A program made the translations under genes and the position numbers. The notes under the pieces were generated by a model. That model had not been told where the DNA came from and did not search any database. It worked only from the letters and a program-made list of their open reading frames with translations. 26,326 bases of DNA from Archangiaceae bacterium. GTDB lineage: Bacteria > Myxococcota > Myxococcia > Myxococcales > Myxococcaceae. Positions 17,291 through 26,172 of the stretch are shown here, in pieces. The first letter of the stretch is position 1. Each line of letters begins with the position of its first letter. Location of the stretch: contig JAYVCD010000032.1 of the NCBI GenBank assembly GCA_043750125.1, positions 1 to 26,326 on the forward strand. The letters are read 5' to 3'.

Positions 17291-17712
17291 TGGAACCGCC
17301 GTGGCCGATCACTTTGACGGTGCAGGTGGCGTGGGGCGAGATGGATGCCTTTGGTCACGTCAACAACACCGTCTACCTGCGGTGGTTCGAGTCGGCGCGA
17401 ATCATGTATTTCGAAAAGCTCGGCGTCGCGACCACGCTCGATTCCGGCTCTGAGGCCTGGCCGCTGCTCGCGCACTCGTCCATCGATTATCGGGCGAAGG
17501 TCGTCTACCCGGACACGGTCGACATCTCGGCCCGCGTCACCCATCTGGGAAATACCTCGTTCGAGATGTCCTACCGCGCCTCGTCCACCCGGCAGCAGAA
17601 GCTCGTCGCCGAGGGAAAGGCCGTGGTGGTGATGGTCGACCCGAAGGCGGGAACCAAGGTGCTCTTGAATCCAGAGCTCCGCTCGAGAATCTCCACCTTC
17701 GAGCGGCTCTGA
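17290..17712 (+). CDS. Acyl-CoA thioesterase, 4HBT/FadM hot-dog family (140 aa)
   Basis: TGATG overlap and GAGGA RBS; VAWGEMDAFGHVNNTVYLRWFESAR. Confidence 0.92.
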   Translation: MEPPWPITLTVQVAWGEMDAFGHVNNTVYLRWFESARIMYFEKLGVATTLDSGSEAWPLLAHSSIDYRAKVVYPDTVDISARVTHLGNTSFEMSYRASSTRQQKLVAEGKAVVVMVDPKAGTKVLLNPELRSRISTFERL

Positions 17713-17719
17713 GCTCTGC

Positions 17720-18340
17720 TCAGCCCTTGATCATCATCACCGCCACCACCCAGCTCACCACCGCCAGCCCGTAGAGGCCGACCGCCGCGAGGATCTTCAG
17801 CGGCTTTGATTCGGTCCGCCTCGCGATGGCCACTGCCCCCGCGCCCGCTGCTGCCCCGAGCAGGCCGAGCAAGGCTCCTCCCAGCACGGCCAACACCACG
17901 GTGGGCGCGAAGTAGGCCATCGCCGCCGCGTTCTTTGCCGCTTCCTGGCCCAGCCGATCGCTGCAGCCTTTGCAGTGGGTCAAGTCTGCCCCCGCGCATT
18001 GAGGACAGGCAAAGGCGCCGCAGCGGGCGCACGCGAACCGCGCCGCTGCGCTGTGGACCGCGCAGAGGCTGCCCACCACCGCCGGCGCCGGTACAACGTG
18101 CTTCGCCGAGAGCGGAATCTTCTCGCCGCGTTCGTTGAACAGGTCCGTCTTCGGACCCATGAAGCCTTTGGTCCGTTTGAGCTCAAAGGGTGCTCCGCCA
18201 ATCGACAGCGGCCACTGGCCCTTTCCCGACAACTTCTGCTCATGCACCGACGCGCCGTTCTCGAGCACGACGATCTTCCCAGCGGGGAACGCTGCCCCGA
18301 GCTGCACTCTTCTTCCGTCTACCGACCACCCTTGTGCCAT
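17720..18340 (-). CDS. Membrane protein with B-box-like zinc finger and C-terminal transmembrane helices (206 aa)
   Basis: ATG at 18340 after GAAGGGGG; CAVH...CARCGAFACPQC...CKGC; hydrophobic C-terminal segments. Confidence 0.75.
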   Translation of the reverse strand: MAQGWSVDGRRVQLGAAFPAGKIVVLENGASVHEQKLSGKGQWPLSIGGAPFELKRTKGFMGPKTDLFNERGEKIPLSAKHVVPAPAVVGSLCAVHSAAARFACARCGAFACPQCAGADLTHCKGCSDRLGQEAAKNAAAMAYFAPTVVLAVLGGALLGLLGAAAGAGAVAIARRTESKPLKILAAVGLYGLAVVSWVVAVMMIKG

Positions 18341-18454
18341 CGAGCCCCCCTTCACAAAACCTCAGGCGTGCGAAATGGGCCCACCCTATTTCAGCCCTTT
18401 CGAGAATTCGAGGGACAGGCTGCCCTTTCCAACCCGACTGGCCGCCCCCAGGTG

Positions 18455-18536
18455 CAGCGGCGATGTCGGCAGCAATCTCGCAGGTCAGCTCGTCGAGCTC
18501 GATCACGTTCAACCGCAGCCAGTTTGCCGCGAACTG
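18455..18536 (-). pseudogene. Possible short remnant of a VapC/PIN-domain toxin gene
   Basis: Reads QFAANWLRLNVIELDELTCEIAADIA, resembling the central helix-strand-helix of VapC proteins; lacks the N-terminal D-S motif and the downstream TLDALH motif. Confidence 0.4.
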
Positions 18537-18551
18537 GGGAGTCGCTCAGGG

Positions 18552-21257
18552 CTACTGCAGCCAGAAGTACGCAGAGGCGATCAACGATCTTCCCGCCACC
18601 ACCTTCGACTTCTGGGTCAGCTGCGCCAGCGTGCGGTCCTTCTCGGCGTACTTCTGCTCTTCCTGCTGGCGCAGCGCGGCCAGCCGCTTGCGGTACTCGC
18701 GTTCCAGCCGCTCAGACTGCGCCCGCTGCTTCAACCGCTCGGTCGAGTCGTCGATCGTCAGCACCTTGCGCCGGGCGAGTTCCCACTCTTCGCGCCCCTT
18801 CACCACCGCCGCTCGGGGTTGCAGCAGGCAGTCTTCCGCAAAGCGATCGGCCCGCTCTCGCGCCGCGTCGAGCTCGAGCGCGTTCTTCCGTTCGGCCACC
18901 CGCGTCAGCTCGTCCTTCGCCGCGACCAGCGCCTTCTCGTGCTCGAGCGTCACCGAGACCGGAGGGCTCTTTCGGGTCTGCTCTTCCGTCGCTCCCAGCC
19001 GCGGAAACTGCTCGGCGTCGGCCAGCGACAACGCGCGAAACGAGTCGCCGTCTCGCACCATCACCAGGTGCATCACCTTCTCTTCTGCCTTCAGCCCCGA
19101 CAGCTCGACCCGGTACGCAAACCACCAGCCCTCTTTGCCCGCCAGAGTTCCCAGCTTGTCCGGCAAAGTCGAGGCGTCGAGCGCGAGGTAGCTGACCGCG
19201 TCGTTGGTCCGGGTGCGAACTTCCTTCGCCGCGTGCTGCAATTGGCGCCGACCGGTGGCCCGCTCACCCAGCACCGAGCCCGTCAGCGCCTGCGCCGACT
19301 TCACCCGCTCACCGACCTTCACCTTCGCCTGCTCGCCTGCGATCTTCAGCCGCCGCCGCACGTCGCCATCGAACCGCTCGAGCAACAACGAGCGCGCTTC
19401 GGTCATGCGCAGGTCGATTCGGGTCTCGAGGTCTTTTTGCAGCGCTTCGAAGGCCGCGTTGATTTCTTCCGGCAATCGGCACGATTGGTAGATGTCCAGA
19501 ATCCGCTTCTCGAAGTCGACGCCATTTTCCAGCGCTCCGAGGATCTCGTCCGAGGCGCCGAACACTCCGTCGAAGAGGTTCAGCTTCTTCTCGAGCAGCT
19601 CGTACAGCCGCGCGTCGGCCGCGTTCTGACGGTTCAAGAAGTTGAGCACCAGCACATCGCGCTGCTGCCCGTACCGGTGGCATCGGCCGATGCGCTGCTC
19701 GATCCGCTGCGGGTTCCAGGGCAGGTCGTAGTTCACCACCAGGTTGCAGAACTGGAGGTTCAGCCCTTCGGCACCGGCCTCGGTCGACAACAGAATCTGC
19801 GCCGAATTTCGAAACCGCTCGACCAGCGCCATCCGCTCTTCGGGCGTGCCCGCGTCTCCCGACAGCAGTGCGATCTTTCCTTCCCACCCGTTGGCCGAGA
19901 GCAGGTTGTAGAGGTACTTCTGGGTCCGCTTGCTCTCGGTGAAAATCACCGCCTTCTCGGGCCACTGGTGGGCGCGGGCCACGGTAAACACCCGATCCAA
20001 CGCGCGCTTCAGCGCCTCGCCCTTGGCGTTGATCGTGATCTTCGCCGCGCGGTCGGCGTACGCGCGCAGCTCGAACAGCTCGCTGGTCAGCGTCTTCACC
20101 GACGCCGGGCGCGAAGGCTCGTCGGCCCATTCTTCAGCCTCTTCGGCGTAGTTCTTCGCGTCTTCCGAATCGAGGAACAGGTCTGCCGCCGCCGACAGCT
20201 TGGCGTTCTTGATTCGCGCCTCGAGCGAGTCGGCCAGCTTCGCCAGCGTCGGAGCGATCGCAAACGTCGAGGACGCCAACAGCTTGCGGTACACCAGCGT
20301 CAACAGCGTCTTCTTTCCCGGCTCGATCGCCGCCGCTTCGCTGCGCCGCAGGTACTCGCTCACGTCGTCGTACAGCCCCTGCTCTTCGGTCGAAGGCGCG
20401 AAGTCTTCGACCACGCTGCGACGATTGGTGAACCGCACGTACTCACGCACCTGCCGCCGCAACGTTCGCTGCACCACCGGCGCCAGCCGTTCTTTGAGCG
20501 CGATCGACGCCGACTCGGACAGCCCGCCGTGGTCTGCGTCGACCGGGTAGTGGGTCTTGAAGGCATCTTCCGGCCCGAGGATCTGCTCGTCGATCAACGA
20601 CAGCAGCCCAAACAGCTCGGTCAGGCTGTTCTGCAGCGGAGTCGCGGTCAGCAGCAGCTTGGGACGATCTTTGAGCGCCGCCCGCAGCGCCTTGCCGGTC
20701 TTGTTTCCCGGCTTGTGCGAATTGCGCAGCCGATGGGCCTCGTCGATCACCACCAGGTCCCAGGGAATTGCCGACAGCAGCTCAGGTCTTCCGGCCGCGA
20801 AAGGAATCGAGGCGATCACCGGCATCGCCTGGTCGAAGCAGTTGCCCGTGGCGCGCACCGTCCGGCCGTCCACCACCATCGTCTCGAGATCGAACTTGCT
20901 GCGCATCTCGGCCTGCCACTGAGATCTCAACGTGGCCGGGGTGAGAATCAACACCCGCCCTTTTCCTTCCGCACACAGCTGGGCAATCACGATTCCCGCT
21001 TCGATCGTCTTCCCCAGCCCCACCTCGTCCGCGAGCAGACAGCCTCCGCGGCTCATCGCGTCGAGCGCGAACGCGGCCGCTTCCACCTGGTGCGGGTTCA
21101 AGTCGACCTTCGCATCCGACAGCGCGCGAGCGACCCGGGCGTTGCCGTCACCCCCGCGCGCGAGCAGCTCTTCGGCGACCAGACGCTGGTGAAAGCGCGT
21201 CAGCGCAGAGCCTCTTTCTTCGATGACAGGGGGAACTGAAACCTCGGCTGCGAACAT
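18552..21257 (-). CDS. SNF2-family helicase/ATPase with C-terminal coiled coil (about 901 aa; start could be 21299)
   Basis: VDLNPHQVEAA, LADEVGLGKT, DEAH, LLTATPLQN, STEAGAEGLNLQ and NYDLPWNPQRIEQRIGRCHRYGQ. Confidence 0.93.
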   Translation of the reverse strand: MFAAEVSVPPVIEERGSALTRFHQRLVAEELLARGGDGNARVARALSDAKVDLNPHQVEAAAFALDAMSRGGCLLADEVGLGKTIEAGIVIAQLCAEGKGRVLILTPATLRSQWQAEMRSKFDLETMVVDGRTVRATGNCFDQAMPVIASIPFAAGRPELLSAIPWDLVVIDEAHRLRNSHKPGNKTGKALRAALKDRPKLLLTATPLQNSLTELFGLLSLIDEQILGPEDAFKTHYPVDADHGGLSESASIALKERLAPVVQRTLRRQVREYVRFTNRRSVVEDFAPSTEEQGLYDDVSEYLRRSEAAAIEPGKKTLLTLVYRKLLASSTFAIAPTLAKLADSLEARIKNAKLSAAADLFLDSEDAKNYAEEAEEWADEPSRPASVKTLTSELFELRAYADRAAKITINAKGEALKRALDRVFTVARAHQWPEKAVIFTESKRTQKYLYNLLSANGWEGKIALLSGDAGTPEERMALVERFRNSAQILLSTEAGAEGLNLQFCNLVVNYDLPWNPQRIEQRIGRCHRYGQQRDVLVLNFLNRQNAADARLYELLEKKLNLFDGVFGASDEILGALENGVDFEKRILDIYQSCRLPEEINAAFEALQKDLETRIDLRMTEARSLLLERFDGDVRRRLKIAGEQAKVKVGERVKSAQALTGSVLGERATGRRQLQHAAKEVRTRTNDAVSYLALDASTLPDKLGTLAGKEGWWFAYRVELSGLKAEEKVMHLVMVRDGDSFRALSLADAEQFPRLGATEEQTRKSPPVSVTLEHEKALVAAKDELTRVAERKNALELDAARERADRFAEDCLLQPRAAVVKGREEWELARRKVLTIDDSTERLKQRAQSERLEREYRKRLAALRQQEEQKYAEKDRTLAQLTQKSKVVAGRSLIASAYFWLQ

Positions 21258-21388
21258 GTAGAGCCATTGTGCTGGCCCCGATCCACTTCGCAAGTCCATG
21301 TTCTACAGAGCCGATTTACCGCCTCGCGCGCGATCGCCTTGTAAGCGCTTCAGCGACATCGAGGTGTGTTGGTGTGGGCTTTTGCCCG

Positions 21389-21757
21389 TCAAGGATCTTC
21401 GTAGCGGGGGTGCAAATACTTGCGCAGCTTCTTCGCCACGTAGTCGCGCGCGAAGCCGCGCCACAGCCCGCCCGGATCGCTCGACTCGCACTTCACCGAG
21501 CTGTCAGAGACTTCCAGAATCGCACTGAAGTCGACCCGCATGATGTTGCCGGAAACCCACACCCGCTCTCCCGACCAGCTCTGGGACACGCCGAACCTGC
21601 TCTTCCAATAATCGAGCAACTGCTGAACGCGGGCGTGGGCTTCAGCGGTCGAGAACTTGTGGCCGACTTTGAGGGTGATTGTTTCTGGGCCCAGCTTCTT
21701 CACGTCCGTCGAAACGGATCCCGAGAGGCACAGGCTGATGAGGACCGCGGTGATCAT
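21389..21757 (-). CDS. Polyhydroxyalkanoic-acid-system (PHA_gran_rgn-like) family protein with N-terminal hydrophobic extension
   Basis: VGHKFSTAEAHARVQQLLDYWKSRFGVSQSWSGERVWVSG...LEVSDSSV...KKLRKYL pattern; ATGA overlap with the upstream gene. Confidence 0.65.
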   Translation of the reverse strand: MITAVLISLCLSGSVSTDVKKLGPETITLKVGHKFSTAEAHARVQQLLDYWKSRFGVSQSWSGERVWVSGNIMRVDFSAILEVSDSSVKCESSDPGGLWRGFARDYVAKKLRKYLHPRYEDP

Positions 21758-22425
21758 CGCGGATTCCTTTTACAGCCACTGCAGCTCGGAAGAGAAGCCA
21801 ACTGGGCATAGATGCGACGATCTGCAAAGCGCGGAATTCCCGTCGGGCGGCTCTTCCAGAAATTGATCGCGATCGTCAACCGCAACTTCGGCTCGCGCGG
21901 CAACCTTCGCCCCGGAATCTGGTTGGTTGCGTCCAGCACCCCGTGGGTCAAAGCCCCACCGAACCACACGTAGCGGTTGGGTAGCGGTTGCACCAGATCC
22001 AATGCCAGGTTGTCAGGCGCCATCGCCGCGTTCTCGGGGTTCGGCGCTTCGCGGGTCACGGCGAGCAGCCCCCCCCGACAGCGATTCAAGAACAGCACCG
22101 AAGAAATCGCCGGGTGCACCTGAGGTCCGCCGCTTTGCGCCAGCCGTTCGTCAAGGTCGCGGTGGAAGTCGACCTGCACGTTGGAAGTCCGCATTCGCGA
22201 CAGCCACCATTCGACGCCCGCAAAATTTCCCGGAGCCCTCGCGCGCAGCTGCTCGATCGCCTCTTCGACCACGTTCGATGGCGCGGACTCGCACCCGAAC
22301 CAGAATGTCGTCTGGTAGGTGCGCCGCAGCCGTTGCTCACCCAGCGCCTCGACCGCTCTTTTCAGCCGACGGAACAGCGGCCCGGGCAGCGCGTCGTCCG
22401 ACAGCCGCACCAACCCGCGGGTCAC
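21754..22425 (-). CDS. 2OG-Fe(II) oxygenase-like protein (223 aa)
   Basis: DFHRD (HxD), SSVLFLN...GGLL, PLPNRYVWFGGALTHGV (distal His) and RLTIAINFW (2OG-binding Arg); GTGA overlap. Confidence 0.75.
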   Translation of the reverse strand: MTRGLVRLSDDALPGPLFRRLKRAVEALGEQRLRRTYQTTFWFGCESAPSNVVEEAIEQLRARAPGNFAGVEWWLSRMRTSNVQVDFHRDLDERLAQSGGPQVHPAISSVLFLNRCRGGLLAVTREAPNPENAAMAPDNLALDLVQPLPNRYVWFGGALTHGVLDATNQIPGRRLPREPKLRLTIAINFWKSRPTGIPRFADRRIYAQLASLPSCSGCKRNPR

Positions 22426-24071
22426 TTCGGGGAAATCGAAATCGCCAGGTCGCGCACTTCACCTTCGGCCTGGGCAGGCGGCAGCATTTCCATCAGCGCC
22501 GACACCGTGGGAGCCACGTCGACCACCCGGATTTGATGGGGGTAGTAGCCCGGCTTCACCCCCCGCCCCAGCAGCAGCAGCGGCACCATCACGTCGTACG
22601 AGTAGGGCGAGCCGTGCGAGGCCCCGGCCACCTCGACCTCGCTCACCCTTCCTTGCTTCAGCAGCATCAGCACGTCTCCGCTGCGGTCGGGGTGAAAGCC
22701 GGCCCGCAGGTACGGCAGCCACCCCGGCGACGCGTCGGCTCCGAACAGATCTTCGCGCGCCACCGCCAGCGCTACGTCCGGCTGGCGGGCCAGCCACGCC
22801 GCGGTAAATCGGCGAACCACCGCCAGGTCGAGCTTCTTGTCCGCGATCGCCTTCTGGTCCAGGTACACGTCGGCCTCTTCGATCGCGCTCACCAGGCGGC
22901 CGGCGTTGAACTTCGTCCCGAGCTCTTTTTCGAGCGCCTTCTCGAGCGTGGTCGGGTTGAAGCGCACGGCGTCGAGGCCCAGGGCGGCCCACTGCTCGGG
23001 GATGTTCGCTCCGCCGTGGTCGGCCGAGAGCACCACCAACAGGTTGGCCCTTCCGCCTGCCGCTTTCTCGGCAAACGCAATCAGCTCGCCGATCGCGCGG
23101 TCCAGCCGCAGCACGTGGTCCTGCGCTTCCCACGAGTACGGGCCGAACAGGTGGTAGGTGCGGTCGAACGCAGAGAGGCTGACCGAGAGCAAATCGGGAA
23201 TGTCGTCTTTCCCCAGCGCCTCCCCGTCGATCGCCGCCTTGGCAAAGCCCACCATCACTTCGTTGAACATCGGCGAGGTTGCGAGCGCCGAGTACGACTG
23301 GGGGCCGGGCTGGGCCAGACCTCCATTGAGCGGGTGGGGAAATTTCTTGCCCAGCCCGTACGCGTCGCTTTCCCCGGCTCGGTCGTCCTCGCCGATGTAC
23401 TGAGCGACCGGCTCGAGCAGGCTCCACTCTTTGCCGAAGTAGGCGTCGGGCAGCTTCTTGTCGTTGAAGGTCTTCACCCAGGCCGGAAATTCCTTCCGGT
23501 AGTAGGTGCCGGTGACGAACTTGCCGACCTCTTCGGAAAACCACCACGCCTCACCGAGCTTGCCGCCCATCGCGATGGCCGACCGGGCCTTGCCGCTGAT
23601 CGAGACCGACTTCCCGCGCGACTGGGTCGATTGGCGCAAGCGGTCCGACAGCGTCTCGGCCAGCAGGTTCAAAGGCGAGACATCGTCCTGGCTCAGCGGG
23701 GCTTCGAGCACCGGGTGATTGGGGTCGGCGAAGATCCTTTCCAGCTTCCCGGTGGCGCGGTTGAGCACCCGGTTCGACGCAATTCCGTGGCGCGCGGGGT
23801 TGGTCCCGGTGGCGAGCGTTGCGTGACCTGCCGCCGTCACGGTCTCGGCATAGTCGTACCGCGCGGTGGGAAAGCTCGCCCCGTCCCGGACCAGCGTCAA
23901 CAGGCCCGCCTTGAACTTCGGGCGGCTGCGCAGGAACACGTCCGAGCCGAACGCATCGACGGTGATGAACAGCGTCAGCTTCGGAGCCTTGGCCGACGCA
24001 GAGCCTGCGCCTCCCAACACCGACACCACCATCAACGCCCGCAAGGTGGCCCAGCGACGCAAGAAATTCAT
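22422..24071 (-). CDS. Alkaline phosphatase superfamily protein (PafA-like / nucleotide pyrophosphatase), secreted, 549 aa
   Basis: Signal peptide; ITVDAF, ETVTAAGHATLATG (Thr nucleophile), SGKARSAI, DRTYHLFGP, SADHG and SHGSPYSYD. Confidence 0.92.
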   Translation of the reverse strand: MNFLRRWATLRALMVVSVLGGAGSASAKAPKLTLFITVDAFGSDVFLRSRPKFKAGLLTLVRDGASFPTARYDYAETVTAAGHATLATGTNPARHGIASNRVLNRATGKLERIFADPNHPVLEAPLSQDDVSPLNLLAETLSDRLRQSTQSRGKSVSISGKARSAIAMGGKLGEAWWFSEEVGKFVTGTYYRKEFPAWVKTFNDKKLPDAYFGKEWSLLEPVAQYIGEDDRAGESDAYGLGKKFPHPLNGGLAQPGPQSYSALATSPMFNEVMVGFAKAAIDGEALGKDDIPDLLSVSLSAFDRTYHLFGPYSWEAQDHVLRLDRAIGELIAFAEKAAGGRANLLVVLSADHGGANIPEQWAALGLDAVRFNPTTLEKALEKELGTKFNAGRLVSAIEEADVYLDQKAIADKKLDLAVVRRFTAAWLARQPDVALAVAREDLFGADASPGWLPYLRAGFHPDRSGDVLMLLKQGRVSEVEVAGASHGSPYSYDVMVPLLLLGRGVKPGYYPHQIRVVDVAPTVSALMEMLPPAQAEGEVRDLAISISPK

Positions 24072-24137
24072 GCGCGCACTGTGCTGAGAAAGGGGCGGGG
24101 CGGACAGCGAAAAGTGTGTTACTCGCTGCAAGCAACC

Positions 24138-24533
24138 ATGGCGGTCGAAGCGCGCTTGAGGGTGATTTACGGCGACACCGATCAAATGGGAGTCGTCTAC
24201 TACGCCAACTATTTTCGCTACTTCGAGTTCGCGCGCGGCGAGTACTTTCGGGCCCGGGGGGGCTCGTACGTGGACGTAGAGAAAGGAGGGCACCGCCTGC
24301 CGGTCTACGAGGCTTCGTGCAGCTACCGCGCCCCGGCCCGCTACGATGACCTGCTGGTCGTCAAGGTCAACCTCGGCGAGGTGCGCCGGGCCTCGCTGGT
24401 CTTTGAATACGAAGTTCGCAAAGAAGGTGACGACGCGATTCTCGTTACCGGCCAGACTTCCCACGCGTGCATCAACTTCGAAGGACGCCCGACCGCATTG
24501 CCTGAACAGGTCGTCCGCTTGCTGAAACCTTAA
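24138..24533 (+). CDS. YbgC/FadM-family acyl-CoA thioesterase (131 aa)
   Basis: RVIYGDTDQMGVVYYANYFRYFEFAR...YRAPARYDD. Confidence 0.93.
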   Translation: MAVEARLRVIYGDTDQMGVVYYANYFRYFEFARGEYFRARGGSYVDVEKGGHRLPVYEASCSYRAPARYDDLLVVKVNLGEVRRASLVFEYEVRKEGDDAILVTGQTSHACINFEGRPTALPEQVVRLLKP

Positions 24534-24552
24534 CTGCCAAAGGAAACCCCGA

Positions 24553-25518
24553 ATGGATCGCAACCTTGCTCTGGAAGTCGTTCGCGTCACCGAGATGGCC
24601 GCCATCGCGTCCGCGCGCTTGATGGGCCGGGGAAACAAGGACGAATCGGACCAGATGGCCGTCGATGCGATGCGCAAAGCGTTCGACGCGCTGCAGATCG
24701 ACGGGACGGTGGTGATCGGCGAAGGCGAGCGCGACGAAGCGCCGATGCTCTACATCGGGGAGCGGGTGGGAAAGATGGGCCCGGGGACCACGCCGGTCGA
24801 CATCGCCCTGGATCCGCTCGAGGGCACCAACCTCTGCGCGTTCGGCCGGCCCGGCGCGATCTCGGTCATCGCGATCGGGGCCCGGGGGATGCTGCTCAAC
24901 GCCCCCGACACCTACATGCAGAAGATTGCCGTCGGCCCCTCGGCCCGCGGGGCGATCGATCTGTCGAAGTCACCCACCGAGAACCTGCAGAACATTGCCA
25001 GGGCGAAGAAGCGCGAAGTCGAGGACCTGACGGTGATGATCCTCGACCGCGAACGCCACCTCGAGCTGATCAAGGAAGTGCGCGAGGCGGGCGCGCGGGT
25101 TCGGCTGATCGAAGACGGAGACGTGGCCGGGGCCGTCGCCACCTGCTTCGAAGAGACCGGCGTCGACGTGTTGATTGGCACCGGCGGGGCCCCCGAGGGG
25201 GTGATCGCCGCGGCCGCGGTGCGCTGCGTCGGAGGCGAGATGCAGGGGAAGCTCAAGCCCCGCAACAATCAGGAAATCGCGCGCGCCGCGAAGATGGGCA
25301 TTACGGACATGAACAAGATCTACACCGCCGAAGAGCTGGCCCGGGGCGAAGTGATGTTCGCCGCCACCGGCGTGACCAGCGGCGATTTTCTCAAGGGCGT
25401 CCGCTTCTTCGGCGGCGGCTGCGAGACCCACTCGGTGGTGATGCGCAGCAAGACCGGCACGGTGCGCTACATCACGTCTACCCACCGGTTCGACAAGAAG
25501 CCCGGCTACGTTCTGTAA
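24553..25518 (+). CDS. glpX: Class II fructose-1,6-bisphosphatase
   Basis: MDRNLALEVVRVTEMAA, VVIGEGERDEAPMLYIGE, DPLEGT, GGAPEGV and FAATGVT; AAGGA RBS. Confidence 0.98.
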   Translation: MDRNLALEVVRVTEMAAIASARLMGRGNKDESDQMAVDAMRKAFDALQIDGTVVIGEGERDEAPMLYIGERVGKMGPGTTPVDIALDPLEGTNLCAFGRPGAISVIAIGARGMLLNAPDTYMQKIAVGPSARGAIDLSKSPTENLQNIARAKKREVEDLTVMILDRERHLELIKEVREAGARVRLIEDGDVAGAVATCFEETGVDVLIGTGGAPEGVIAAAAVRCVGGEMQGKLKPRNNQEIARAAKMGITDMNKIYTAEELARGEVMFAATGVTSGDFLKGVRFFGGGCETHSVVMRSKTGTVRYITSTHRFDKKPGYVL

Positions 25519-25562
25519 AGCAGGCCGCACCCACCGTCAGCACAGAAAAGAGGGACACCCAC

Positions 25563-25985
25563 ATGGCAGGCGCGACCCGTTCGATCGTCATCAACGCTTC
25601 GATGGAAAAGTTGTTTGCGGTGATCACCGACTACGAGAAGTACCCGGAGTTTCTGCCCGAGGTGAAGAAGATCCGCCTCGGGCCTCGCAAGGGAAACGAA
25701 GTCGAGGTCCACTACGAAGCCGAGATCGTCAAGACCATCAAGTACGCGCTGAAGCTGAAAGAGGAAAAGCCGAACAAGGTCAGCTGGTCCTTCATCGAAG
25801 GCGAGTTCATGAAAGACAACAAAGGCGGCTGGGTGCTCGAGGACCTCGGCGGAGGAAAAATCAAGGCCACCTACAACATCGAAGTCACCGTCGGAATGTT
25901 GGTCCCCAAGGCGATCATCACTGCGTTGATCGACACCCAGTTGCCCAAGACGCTCGAGGCTTTCAAGAAGCGCGCAGAGGCTTGA
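25563..25985 (+). CDS. SRPBCC/START-fold protein (polyketide cyclase / RatA-Coq10-like)
   Basis: SIVINASMEKLFAVITDYEKYPEFLPEV...FMKDNKGGW...LEAFKKRAE; GAGGG RBS. Confidence 0.9.
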   Translation: MAGATRSIVINASMEKLFAVITDYEKYPEFLPEVKKIRLGPRKGNEVEVHYEAEIVKTIKYALKLKEEKPNKVSWSFIEGEFMKDNKGGWVLEDLGGGKIKATYNIEVTVGMLVPKAIITALIDTQLPKTLEAFKKRAEA

Positions 25986-26065
25986 TCCAGTTGGCCCTGC
26001 GGCCCCCCTGCATTAGAATCAAGGTGCCTGACAGATGTGGCAGGTCGGTTGCCCAGGTCCGCGGG

Positions 26066-26078
26066 CAAGCCGTTGATT
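26066..26078 (-). promoter_or_regulatory. IHF consensus site
   Basis: Minus strand reads AATCAACGGCTTG, which matches WATCAANNNNTTR, in an AT-richer intergenic region. Confidence 0.4.
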
Positions 26079-26172
26079 TAGTTCGGCGGCGATGGGGTCC
26101 TCAACTTGCAATCATCAAGCTCAAGAACCGTTTTGCAGCTGGGGCGCACTGAAGGGTAGGGAGGAACACTGA

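Noticed and set aside
18135-21239. 1034-aa plus-strand ORF
   Set aside because: Antisense shadow of the SNF2 helicase.
21927-24137. Long N-terminal extension of the 868-aa ORF ending in the thioesterase
   Set aside because: Only the last 131 aa (from ATG 24138) match YbgC; the rest is antisense to the phosphatase and oxygenase.
25563-25985. RatA/PasT toxin of a toxin-antitoxin pair
   Set aside because: No RatB/RnfH partner or smpB context; a generic SRPBCC lipid/quinone-binding call is safer.
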